From a virus (lineage: Duplodnaviria; Caudoviricetes), in IMG/VR virus record IMGVR_UViG_3300005281_000001, positions 1 to 64,000 of that record: a DNA stretch of 64,000 bases. The stretch is one strand, 5' to 3'. The notes below the pieces were generated by a model. That model had not been told where the DNA came from, did no database searches, and saw only the letters and a list, made by a program, of their open reading frames with translations. This document shows positions 1-8,095 of this stretch, one piece after another; the stretch's first letter is position 1, and the number at the start of each line of letters is the position of its first letter. The position numbers were made by a program, and so were the translations under genes.

Positions 1-1228
1 CGAGCTGCCGGTGTACGAGCCGATGACCAAAGACGGCCTGCGGCTGGGCAGCGACAATATCGCATATGTGCAGCGCATCAACGGCGAAATCGTGGCCGAG
101 TACTCGGAAGAACAGCTTGCATATGCGGTACGCAACCCACGGACGGACATCTTACTGGCGGACTTCGGGCATTCTGAGCTGGAAGTGCTCATCGAGATCG
201 TCACGGGCATCCTGAATGGCATCCGCTACAATACGACGTACTTCACGCATAACCATGTGCCGCAGGGCGTGCTGTCGATCATCGGCAAGTATGACGATGA
301 GCATTTGGAAGCCTTCAAGCGGCACTGGCGTGTGATGACCAGCGGCGCCGCCGGAAAGTGGGCTGCTCCGGTCATCGCCGTGGAGGACGGACAGGGCATC
401 AACTGGACACCGTTTAAGCAGTCCAATCAGGACATGCAGTTCAACGAATTCCTTGAGTTCCTGTTTAACATTGCGTGCGCGGTGTACCAGATCGACCCGA
501 ATGAAGTTGGCTTTAAGAGCTGGACCAGCTCGAGAGCGTCGCTTACCTCGTCTGACAACACAGCAGAACGCATGGAGCGGTCGCAGGACAAGGGATTCGT
601 CCCGCTGATGAACTTCCTTGCGAACGTGTTCAATCACGAAATCCTGCCGCTCATCGACGACGAGTTCGAGTTTACGTGGGTTGGTCTCGACGAGCAGGAC
701 GAGGACAAAAAGCTCGAGCGTCAAGTCAAGCAGCTCGGCTCCGGCATCATCACGGTTGCCGAAGCCCGCAAGGCCGACGACCGCGACGAGCTCATCAACC
801 CGGCGACCGGCAAGCCGTGGATATGGACGCAGGCACCGGCGAATCCGCAACTGCTTCAGGTGTTCATGGCCGAGTCCGGCCTGAATCAGCCGCAGGGCGG
901 TCCGGGAGCTCAGGGTTCCGAAGACGGGGAAGGCGCCGAAGATCAGGATCAGCGCGACGATCAGCAGTCGGGTGAGCAGGACGAGCAGCAGGATAAGGAC
1001 CCGGCGGAAGCCAGCCACGAGCGAGAGCTTGAGAAGATGGAGCGCCGGCACGAGCTTGAGCTTGAGCAGAAGAAGCTCGAGCACGAACATCAAATGGAGC
1101 TCGAAAAGCTGCGGGCGGAGGCTCGGCAGCAGAAGGTGAATAAGTCACTGACGGAGACGGCTGATCCGCGGAACGCTCCGGCGGACGATGAGGCGGTCGA
1201 AATTTCCATCACATGGAGTGACTACTGA
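1..1228 (+). CDS. Phage portal protein, 5' end outside the window
   Basis: Open frame from the window edge. Portal-like segments (NxxYFTHNHVPQGVL, DMQFNEFLEF...ACAVYQIDPNEVG, ITVAEARK), acidic/coiled-coil C-tail, directly upstream of a MuF-like gene. Confidence 0.88.
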   Translation, partial: ELPVYEPMTKDGLRLGSDNIAYVQRINGEIVAEYSEEQLAYAVRNPRTDILLADFGHSELEVLIEIVTGILNGIRYNTTYFTHNHVPQGVLSIIGKYDDEHLEAFKRHWRVMTSGAAGKWAAPVIAVEDGQGINWTPFKQSNQDMQFNEFLEFLFNIACAVYQIDPNEVGFKSWTSSRASLTSSDNTAERMERSQDKGFVPLMNFLANVFNHEILPLIDDEFEFTWVGLDEQDEDKKLERQVKQLGSGIITVAEARKADDRDELINPATGKPWIWTQAPANPQLLQVFMAESGLNQPQGGPGAQGSEDGEGAEDQDQRDDQQSGEQDEQQDKDPAEASHERELEKMERRHELELEQKKLEHEHQMELEKLRAEARQQKVNKSLTETADPRNAPADDEAVEISITWSDY

Positions 1229-2535
1229 TGGCAAAGAGCCTTAACATCAAGCTTCCGAAGGACATATTGGCGGCGCCGGAAAACGTCCGGCGCGCCGTAC
1301 TGGAGACGCTGCGCACGGCCATGAAGCTTCCGAAGGAAGTCCCGCTCGTGCGCGGCGACGGTCCGGTTGAGCACAAGCTGTGGGAGCGCAACAGTGACGA
1401 GCTCATGGCCGACACGGAGGATGCGTTTTACGAATGGCTAATCCAGCCGGCGACCGAGCGGATGGCCGACCTGTTTATCGCGCTGGGACTGTCGCTGGAT
1501 GGTGTGAAGGTCGAGAAGGCCTTCAGCAAAGAGTTCGATGTCTACGCCGACCAGCTTGTAAAGGCCCGCGGCGGCCGCAAACCGAACGCGAAGAAAGCGC
1601 TGGAGGAATTGATCAAGATCGGCCGCGAGAAGCGTGAGGCGTTTCTGAAGTACATCAATGACGCCAAACCGCTGTCCAAAAAGGACCTGCGGGCGCTTGA
1701 CAAGCTGCTGCGGTCGAAGCTGGCCGAGTACGCCCAGAAGACGATCGAGGCGTTTCAGGTGCGCGCCGGCATGCTGGCAAAGATTCGGAATCAGGCGGAC
1801 AAGGAATTTTTCACGACGGTCGGCGCATACGTTGACCGCTACCCGGAGACGGTTAAGGCCGCCGAGCGCGAGCATACCGTACTGACGATTCCTGAGAAAC
1901 GCAAGGCGGACGCTGAGGGCCGGAAGGTTATCATCAAGCCGCTTACCCGGCAGGAGGCGCAGGCGGTGGAACACGCCGTCCAGAGCGCGGCCGAGAAGAT
2001 ATCCGAAGTCAACGAGCGGCACATCAACGGCATCCGGCAGCTTGTGGTGCGAGCAAAGCGCGAACGTTGGAGCGCGGAGCGTCTGGCGCAGGAGCTTTAC
2101 GACATGTACGGCGAACAAAACCGCGACTGGCGACGCGTCGCCATTACGGAGCTCGCCATGGCCGATAACGATGCATACCTGTCCGGGGTCGAGGAAGGTG
2201 AGACGGTCGTCGGGATGAGCTCGGCCGGTATGTGCAAGCAATGTGAAAAGCTCATCACGTCGAAGACGTATATCGTCACCCACGACCCGGAGAAGATGAA
2301 CGAGCAGTACGGGCACACGCATGTATGGCCGGGCAAGACGAACTTCGGAAGGCGCGTCAGCGAGTACTGGCCGTGCATCCCGCTTCATCCGAACTGCCGT
2401 TGTCGCTGGCACCGCATCTCCCGCTTCTATAAAATGGTCGACGGCAAGCTCGTCATGAAGACGACGGCTGAGCTCATTCAGGAAGAACGGGCGCGGCGCG
2501 GGCTGCCGCCGGACCCGAATCTGAAGGAGGAATGA
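1228..2535 (+). CDS. Head morphogenesis protein (SPP1 gp7 / Mu gpF-like)
   Basis: Follows the portal (TGATG overlap). WRRVAITE, CKQC and C-terminal PLHPNCRC motifs typical of MuF domains. Confidence 0.85.
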   Translation: MAKSLNIKLPKDILAAPENVRRAVLETLRTAMKLPKEVPLVRGDGPVEHKLWERNSDELMADTEDAFYEWLIQPATERMADLFIALGLSLDGVKVEKAFSKEFDVYADQLVKARGGRKPNAKKALEELIKIGREKREAFLKYINDAKPLSKKDLRALDKLLRSKLAEYAQKTIEAFQVRAGMLAKIRNQADKEFFTTVGAYVDRYPETVKAAEREHTVLTIPEKRKADAEGRKVIIKPLTRQEAQAVEHAVQSAAEKISEVNERHINGIRQLVVRAKRERWSAERLAQELYDMYGEQNRDWRRVAITELAMADNDAYLSGVEEGETVVGMSSAGMCKQCEKLITSKTYIVTHDPEKMNEQYGHTHVWPGKTNFGRRVSEYWPCIPLHPNCRCRWHRISRFYKMVDGKLVMKTTAELIQEERARRGLPPDPNLKEE

Positions 2536-2538
2536 CCG

Positions 2539-2829
2539 ATGGCCGACCAGCGAAGATTGATTGACGACCTGCTCGACCGCAAGCCGGAAGCCGCGCAGAT
2601 GATAAAGGACATCTTCGAGAACAACCGGAAGCTTGCCGACTGCGCCTACCATGATTTCTCGATCAATCTGACACCGGAGCGCGTCGTCGGCAGGCGGTGG
2701 CAGTGCGCACGCTGCGGCGGAGAAATTGACGACCGGGACAAGATGTGGTACGAACGGGGTATAAAGCACGAAAGAAATAAAGGAGCTGGAAACCATGAAC
2801 AGAGCCGAGGCAGCAAAGCTGCTGATTGA
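2539..2829 (+). CDS. Small hypothetical protein, probable Zn-binding (CxxH...CxxC)
   Basis: SD AAGGAGG upstream; CAYHDF and CARCGG motifs. Confidence 0.6.
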   Translation: MADQRRLIDDLLDRKPEAAQMIKDIFENNRKLADCAYHDFSINLTPERVVGRRWQCARCGGEIDDRDKMWYERGIKHERNKGAGNHEQSRGSKAAD

Positions 2830-3121
2830 CCAAGTTGTGAAGCAGACCGGCTATCCGGCCATTGGCCAAGTGCTTCAGGCTGAGGGGATCGCCGACCGCA
2901 GGCTGCTGCGGGACATGGAGCGCAAGGGCATCATCAAACGCATTCCAGTCAAGCACGCCGGGACGGTATTTTACGGCTACTATTCAAACGACGAAGTTCC
3001 GAAGATCATTCGGGAAAGGAGCGACGAGCATGCCGGAGTTCGTGAGGACGGAGAAGGACGAGAAGCTGTGGGAGAAAGCGAAGGAGATCGTCAAGAAGCA
3101 GTACGGGAAAACGGAGGCTGA
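2795..3121 (+). CDS. Hypothetical protein (possible winged-helix)
   Basis: SD AAGGAG before ATG 2795; LRDMERKGII resembles a wHTH wing entry. 3' end overlaps the next gene. Confidence 0.5.
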   Translation: MNRAEAAKLLIDQVVKQTGYPAIGQVLQAEGIADRRLLRDMERKGIIKRIPVKHAGTVFYGYYSNDEVPKIIRERSDEHAGVREDGEGREAVGESEGDRQEAVRENGG

Positions 3122-4409
3122 CGGCGACGAGTTCTGGGCGCTGGTAACAGGCGTCTATAAGCGCGCCGGCGGCAGGGTAGGCGGGGACAGTGTTCGGAAG
3201 TCGGTATCCGGCGCCCGTCTTATTCCGCTTTCGGAGCTGGAGATCGTTAACCCGGAATGCTCCCTGATGAAGTCGGCCAGCAAGAAGCCTGCAGCGAAGA
3301 AAACATCCAGTAAGGCATCGACCAAAGCAGCAAGCAAGAAGCCTGCAGCGAAGAAAACGTCCAGTAAGGCATCGACCAAAGCAGCAAGCAAGGAAGTACA
3401 ATCTTCGGAAGACCTGCCGCCGGGTGGTGTATGGCGGACGATCCGCGGCCACAAGGTTTACATCGTTGACGGGAAGATCGTCGGCGGCTCGGTGCAGCCG
3501 TGGATGAAGGACCAGCAGGAGAGCGCGACATCCGCTTCGGCTCCAGCATCTCCAGCAGCAGACGGCAAGCCCGTGAAGTACACGGTGACCGGCCTGAGCG
3601 GAAAGGAGTTCGAACGCACGTCCCACCGCAGCTACACGCATGCCGTCGTCGGATATGACAAGAAGACCGGCGAGCGTTGGGCGATCTCCTTCCATGACGG
3701 GCTGCACAACGCGCAGAAGAAAGCAGCGAGCGTCTACCATCTGGACCCGAAAGCGCACAGGATCGAAATTCACCCGGTCATGCCGAAGCCGAAGAAGGGC
3801 GAGACTATGCCGGAAGCGAAGCCGGTTATGACGATGGTTCCGAAGTCGCCGGAGGAACGCACGGAGCGCAGACGGATGTCGGCGCTGGGCCGGACGTTAC
3901 AGCAGTTCAAGCAGCAGAAAGAGGCTGAGGCGAAGGCTGCGAATGCGTCGAAAGCTAAGGCGGAGAAGGAAAAACCCGCTTCCGAAGCGAAGAAACCAGC
4001 GGCGAATGAGGAGAAACCGGCCGACAAGTCGGCGAAGCCCCGGGATACGTCGCAGGGGTATATGCAGCTTGAGGATTCGGATGGTGACACGGTCCAGTGG
4101 CAGCCGGCCAAAAGCGCGCAGCGCGTCGAAATCCACCCTGACCTGCACACGTTCCTGCACCGCGGGAAGTACGGCTGGCTCGTCATCAACCACGATACCG
4201 GTCTGGCTATAACAAGCGGCAAGACCCGGGCGGAGGCCATCAATAACGCAAAACAGCGAGTGCGCATGCAGGGCCCGCAGCAAATTCAGGAGAACCACCA
4301 GTCGGTGCTGCGGGAGATGGCAAAGCGTCACGGACCGATTCCGCCGAATCCCAGCACGATTAAGAAATCCATTGCGCTTTATATCGACCTTCGGAAGGAA
4401 AGGAGGTAG
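3030..4409 (+). CDS. Basic multi-module protein, probable internal head (cargo) protein
   Basis: SD AAAGGAG before ATG 3030 (in frame with ORF 2862). K/A-rich repeats, LPPGGVWRTIRG module shared with the next gene, x-x-KS motifs. Confidence 0.7.
   Translation: MPEFVRTEKDEKLWEKAKEIVKKQYGKTEADGDEFWALVTGVYKRAGGRVGGDSVRKSVSGARLIPLSELEIVNPECSLMKSASKKPAAKKTSSKASTKAASKKPAAKKTSSKASTKAASKEVQSSEDLPPGGVWRTIRGHKVYIVDGKIVGGSVQPWMKDQQESATSASAPASPAADGKPVKYTVTGLSGKEFERTSHRSYTHAVVGYDKKTGERWAISFHDGLHNAQKKAASVYHLDPKAHRIEIHPVMPKPKKGETMPEAKPVMTMVPKSPEERTERRRMSALGRTLQQFKQQKEAEAKAANASKAKAEKEKPASEAKKPAANEEKPADKSAKPRDTSQGYMQLEDSDGDTVQWQPAKSAQRVEIHPDLHTFLHRGKYGWLVINHDTGLAITSGKTRAEAINNAKQRVRMQGPQQIQENHQSVLREMAKRHGPIPPNPSTIKKSIALYIDLRKERR
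3279..3386 (+). repeat. Two tandem 54-bp near-identical repeats encoding SKKPAAKKTSSKASTKAA
   Basis: Direct repeat visible in both DNA and protein. Confidence 0.9.
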
Positions 4410-4414
4410 GCCCG

Positions 4415-7400
4415 ATGGCCATCACCCGGGCACAAGCAAAGGGTGTACATAAGGACCTGCCTCCGGGCGGCGTCTGGCGAACGATCCGCGGTAATCACGT
4501 GTACATCCTGAATGGCGAAATCGTGGCCGGCGCTGGTGTCGGGAAAACCGGCAAACCGGTGAAATTGACGAAGAAGCAACTGGCGGAGCATTTCGCCGAG
4601 CTTCAGAAGAAGGACGCGGCGGCCACCAAAACCAGAGCGGCGACCAAAACAAAGGCTGCTGAGAAGAAATCAGCGGCGACCAAAACAAAGGCTGCTGAGA
4701 AGAAAACAGCGGCGACCAAAACGAAGGCTGCTGAGAAGAAAACAGCATCGACCAAAACCAAAGCCGCTGAGAAGAAAACAGCGGCGACCAAAACAAAGGC
4801 TGCTGAGAAGAAAACAGCGGCGACCAAAACAAAGGCTGCTGAGAAGAAAACAGCGGCGACCAAAACGAAGACATCCGATAAAAAGCGGCCTGAAAAGAAA
4901 GCACCAGCTTCCGAAGCAAATACCACCCGAACGCGCCGGGTGCTGGACGCGCAGAAGATTAAACCGGATGACTCGCTGGCGGCGTCGGCCCGGAAGTTCA
5001 AGGCAAAAGAGGTCATGGACTGGTATAACAGCCTGTCCGACGCAGACAAAGACCGCGTGGCGAAGTTGAAGAACCTGCCGGAATCGAAGGTTCGGGCGTC
5101 CCATATCGCAGCCAGCAAACGCGAACGGCTTCAGCATCTGGTGAATGCGTTCCACTATCTGCGTGCGGTTGGCGGCCTTTCGGCTAAGTCATCCGGCAAG
5201 GAGCGTGCCGGCGTAAAGGACGTGCGGCATAAAGCGCAGGAGGGGCGCAAGGTCGCGTACGACGTTGGCGAGAAAGTAGGCGGAGCCCGCAAGGACCTTA
5301 CGGCGGTCGCGCAACGCTTCGAGGCTACGCCGACAGCGCAGGACTTAGAAATTCTGGAGCGCGAGCACCCGGAGATGGCGCAAAAGCTCGTCAACAAGAA
5401 GAATCTGCTGAAGCCGCTGGATTGGGAGACCGAGTACAACAACGGCGTCGACGTGAACGTCGCCATGGCGAAGAAACTGATTTACGACCGTATCGCCGCG
5501 CAGCCGGCCGCCAACGATCCGATGAACCGACTCCTGTACTTCAACGCGATCCAAAACATTCAACGCGTGCTGGAGCCGATCAAGACGTGGGACGAGTTCC
5601 AGAGCGCGACGCGGGAGCTCGGCAATTACATGCGGCGGGAGACGCCGAAGGAGCTTAAATACCGCGAGTTTATCGCCCAGTCGACGGCAAAGAAGCTTCA
5701 GGAGGACAGCCCGAGCGAGTATGACCTGACGGAGTTTGGCGCCTACTACGACCGCAACAAAGAGAAGTGGGTCATTCCGAAGGACGCGAAGGCGAAATGG
5801 CGCGAGAAGATGCAGCGCAGGCTCATGGAAGACCTTCAGAAACTGGCGGAGTCGAAGGCAGCCAACATGGCGCCAATGGGTCTGCCGCTGGGTGAGAAGT
5901 TCCACAATTTCTTTACGAGCTTCGATAGCTGGCGCCGGACTATGGACACGATCCGCAGCAAGCGTCTGACGTGGGAGAAGCACTTCGAAAGCCTCGGTCA
6001 GAAGAAAGAGCGCACGGACGGCGGCGGTAAAGGCGACAAGTTGCGGCCGGGTGAGGAACGGTCCAAAATCCCGGTCAGCGAGGCGAAGCGTGTCGGAGGC
6101 AAAGCAGTGAAGGTGTCGAAGCCTGAAGATATGGTGAAGAACTACGGCTTCAGGGCCGTCGAGTTCGGTAACTACGTCAACGACGAAGACGGCAAGCACC
6201 ATCTCCAAAAGGCTTCCGAAGCATTCTCCGATCTGGCCGACGTGCTCGGCCTTTCGCCGAGGGACGCGTCACTGGGCGGCAAGCTCGCCATGGCTTTTGG
6301 CGCCCGCGGCAAAGGTCGCGCATTGGCGCATTACGAGGCCGTATCGAAGGTCATCAACGTAACCCGGGACGCCGGCGCCGGAACACTGGCCCACGAATGG
6401 GGCCATGCCATGGACAACATCCTGCACGCAGAGAGCACCGGAAAGCCGTCGATCGGATTCGCGTCTGACGGCATAGGTGATAAGGGAAGTTCGGAAGTGC
6501 GGGAAGCATACGAAGATGTGCTAAACGCCATGATGCGGGGTAACGGTACCCGGGAAGTTCATTACAACGGCAAAGCTTACCATTCGCCATATGAGTATAA
6601 GCTGTGGGCGCAGCGCGATATGCCTTTTCAGGATGCGTGGAAGCGCGTCATGTCGAAGCTGTCGCAGTCGTTTGAACTGGAAGATAAACTGGCGCGGGAG
6701 CACGGCATGAAGATCAGCGACCAGCGTCTGCAAAAGCGGCAGCAGATAATCGAGAACCACTATCATGCGCTGGCCTATGCATACACACAGGCCGGACGGA
6801 AGATCGAACCGCTTCAGGTTCCGACGACTACGTCACAGTTTAAGGCCAATGCGGACGCGCTGTGCGGCGGCAGGTCTGGTTACTGGAACCGGCCGCATGA
6901 AATGTTCGCCCGGGCGTTTGAGGCCTACGTCCTCGACAAGTTACGGAAATCCGGCCGGCGAAACGACTATTTGGTGTACGGCACGGACCACCCGATGGCA
7001 TACCCGCAGGGCGAGGAACGCGAGAAAATCAATGCAGCGTTCGACAGGCTGATGGCCGCCGTGCGCAAGTCCGGTGCCATTCGCAAAGGTCTGCGCATTC
7101 AAATGCTGCTCGAATTGTTCCCGGACGAAGAACTTCGGAAGGCTGTCGACGACATCATGATTGACTGGCCGGAATCCGGCATCACGGAGCGCAACGCCTA
7201 CGATGTCGACCACGATACGGACCTTTCGGAAGTCATTTATATCCCGGTCAACCGCCTGCGTATGGTTTACCAGACAGATGAAGCAACGGACTGGGATAAG
7301 GTATGGGAAAACATCGAGAAGATGCGATCCGGCGAGGCGCTTAAGCCGGTCGAGATCGGATACGACTACGACATACACGACGGACATCACCGTTGGCTGG

Positions 7401-7984
7401 CCTCGAAGGAGCTCAACTACACGCACGTTCCCTGCATCGTTAAGGGTAAGGACGAAGCGGAGCGGCAAGAAGCAATAGCCCGGTACCGCGAGCTGTGGAA
7501 GTCGGCGAATGTGGCAGACGAGCTTCGAAAGGCGTTGAAGGAGCTCGACTACGAGCACGACTATGCACGTGAAGTTGCAATCCGCCGCACGCTTCAGAAG
7601 GCGCTTATCCCGGACCCGGTGACGGGATACACGCCGGCGAACCTGATGTACCGCGGCGTCGGCAAACGCGAGCTGGAGTTCATCCTGAAGCATGGCTTCA
7701 TCCAGTCGAAGGGCAAAGGCAACGACGAGGATAAGGAAGACCGTGCGACCTGCTTTACACCGCTGTACGATCAGGCTGAGCGGTATGCCATCTGGAACTA
7801 CGGCGAGTACAACGAGCCGGCAGCATTCGTTATCGCAGTTCCGCGGCCTCCGTGGGTGTACGAAGACGAGCACGGCGAGCTTATCAGCGATCGTCCGGTA
7901 CCGTTCGACTTCGGCATGGTATTCTACGTTCCGCACCCGGATGCAGATCGGAAAATCACAAATGAGCAGGCTTCCGAAGTATAA
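4415..7984 (+). CDS. Large polyvalent protein: K/A/T repeats, LPD5-like, LPD1/zincin (HEWGH), ParB-like and C-terminal ART-like domains
   Basis: SD AGGAGGT. GEKVGGARKD; FRAVEFGN...AFGARG...AHEWGHAMD; YWNRPHEMFARAFEAYV; HDGHHRW (ParB/Srx); MYRG...CFT...AERYA...E (ART-like). Confidence 0.8.
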   Translation: MAITRAQAKGVHKDLPPGGVWRTIRGNHVYILNGEIVAGAGVGKTGKPVKLTKKQLAEHFAELQKKDAAATKTRAATKTKAAEKKSAATKTKAAEKKTAATKTKAAEKKTASTKTKAAEKKTAATKTKAAEKKTAATKTKAAEKKTAATKTKTSDKKRPEKKAPASEANTTRTRRVLDAQKIKPDDSLAASARKFKAKEVMDWYNSLSDADKDRVAKLKNLPESKVRASHIAASKRERLQHLVNAFHYLRAVGGLSAKSSGKERAGVKDVRHKAQEGRKVAYDVGEKVGGARKDLTAVAQRFEATPTAQDLEILEREHPEMAQKLVNKKNLLKPLDWETEYNNGVDVNVAMAKKLIYDRIAAQPAANDPMNRLLYFNAIQNIQRVLEPIKTWDEFQSATRELGNYMRRETPKELKYREFIAQSTAKKLQEDSPSEYDLTEFGAYYDRNKEKWVIPKDAKAKWREKMQRRLMEDLQKLAESKAANMAPMGLPLGEKFHNFFTSFDSWRRTMDTIRSKRLTWEKHFESLGQKKERTDGGGKGDKLRPGEERSKIPVSEAKRVGGKAVKVSKPEDMVKNYGFRAVEFGNYVNDEDGKHHLQKASEAFSDLADVLGLSPRDASLGGKLAMAFGARGKGRALAHYEAVSKVINVTRDAGAGTLAHEWGHAMDNILHAESTGKPSIGFASDGIGDKGSSEVREAYEDVLNAMMRGNGTREVHYNGKAYHSPYEYKLWAQRDMPFQDAWKRVMSKLSQSFELEDKLAREHGMKISDQRLQKRQQIIENHYHALAYAYTQAGRKIEPLQVPTTTSQFKANADALCGGRSGYWNRPHEMFARAFEAYVLDKLRKSGRRNDYLVYGTDHPMAYPQGEEREKINAAFDRLMAAVRKSGAIRKGLRIQMLLELFPDEELRKAVDDIMIDWPESGITERNAYDVDHDTDLSEVIYIPVNRLRMVYQTDEATDWDKVWENIEKMRSGEALKPVEIGYDYDIHDGHHRWLASKELNYTHVPCIVKGKDEAERQEAIARYRELWKSANVADELRKALKELDYEHDYAREVAIRRTLQKALIPDPVTGYTPANLMYRGVGKRELEFILKHGFIQSKGKGNDEDKEDRATCFTPLYDQAERYAIWNYGEYNEPAAFVIAVPRPPWVYEDEHGELISDRPVPFDFGMVFYVPHPDADRKITNEQASEV
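4618..4870 (+). repeat. About seven tandem 33-bp repeats encoding AATKTKAAEKK(T/S), histone-H1-like
   Basis: Repeated GCGGCGACCAAAACAAAGGCTGCTGAGAAGAAA units inside the CDS. Confidence 0.9.
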
Positions 7985-8013
7985 TCAAGCTGCGGACAGC
8001 CTGCGAACTCGCA

Positions 8014-8071
8014 TGCTACAATAGCAGTAACATGCGCGGGGCACCTTCCGAACCGTGAAGGTGCCCATTTT
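8014..8071 (+). promoter_or_regulatory. Extended -10 element (TGcTACAAT) followed by a 10-bp hairpin with short T-tract
   Basis: TGCTACAAT 8014-8022; GGGCACCTTC/GAAGGTGCCC stem 8039-8066 then ATTTT. Confidence 0.5.
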
Positions 8072-8095
8072 CAAGGCAGAATGGAGGGTTAAGGC

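Noticed and set aside
2862-3029. Upstream extensions of ORF-track starts (2862, 15389, 31145, 32810, 41245, 47761, 50893, 59794)
   Set aside because: Better SD-linked starts lie downstream; the extensions overlap other genes or structured non-coding DNA.
4618-4870. 33-bp periodic repeats as a CRISPR array
   Set aside because: No unique spacers; they are in-frame coding repeats.
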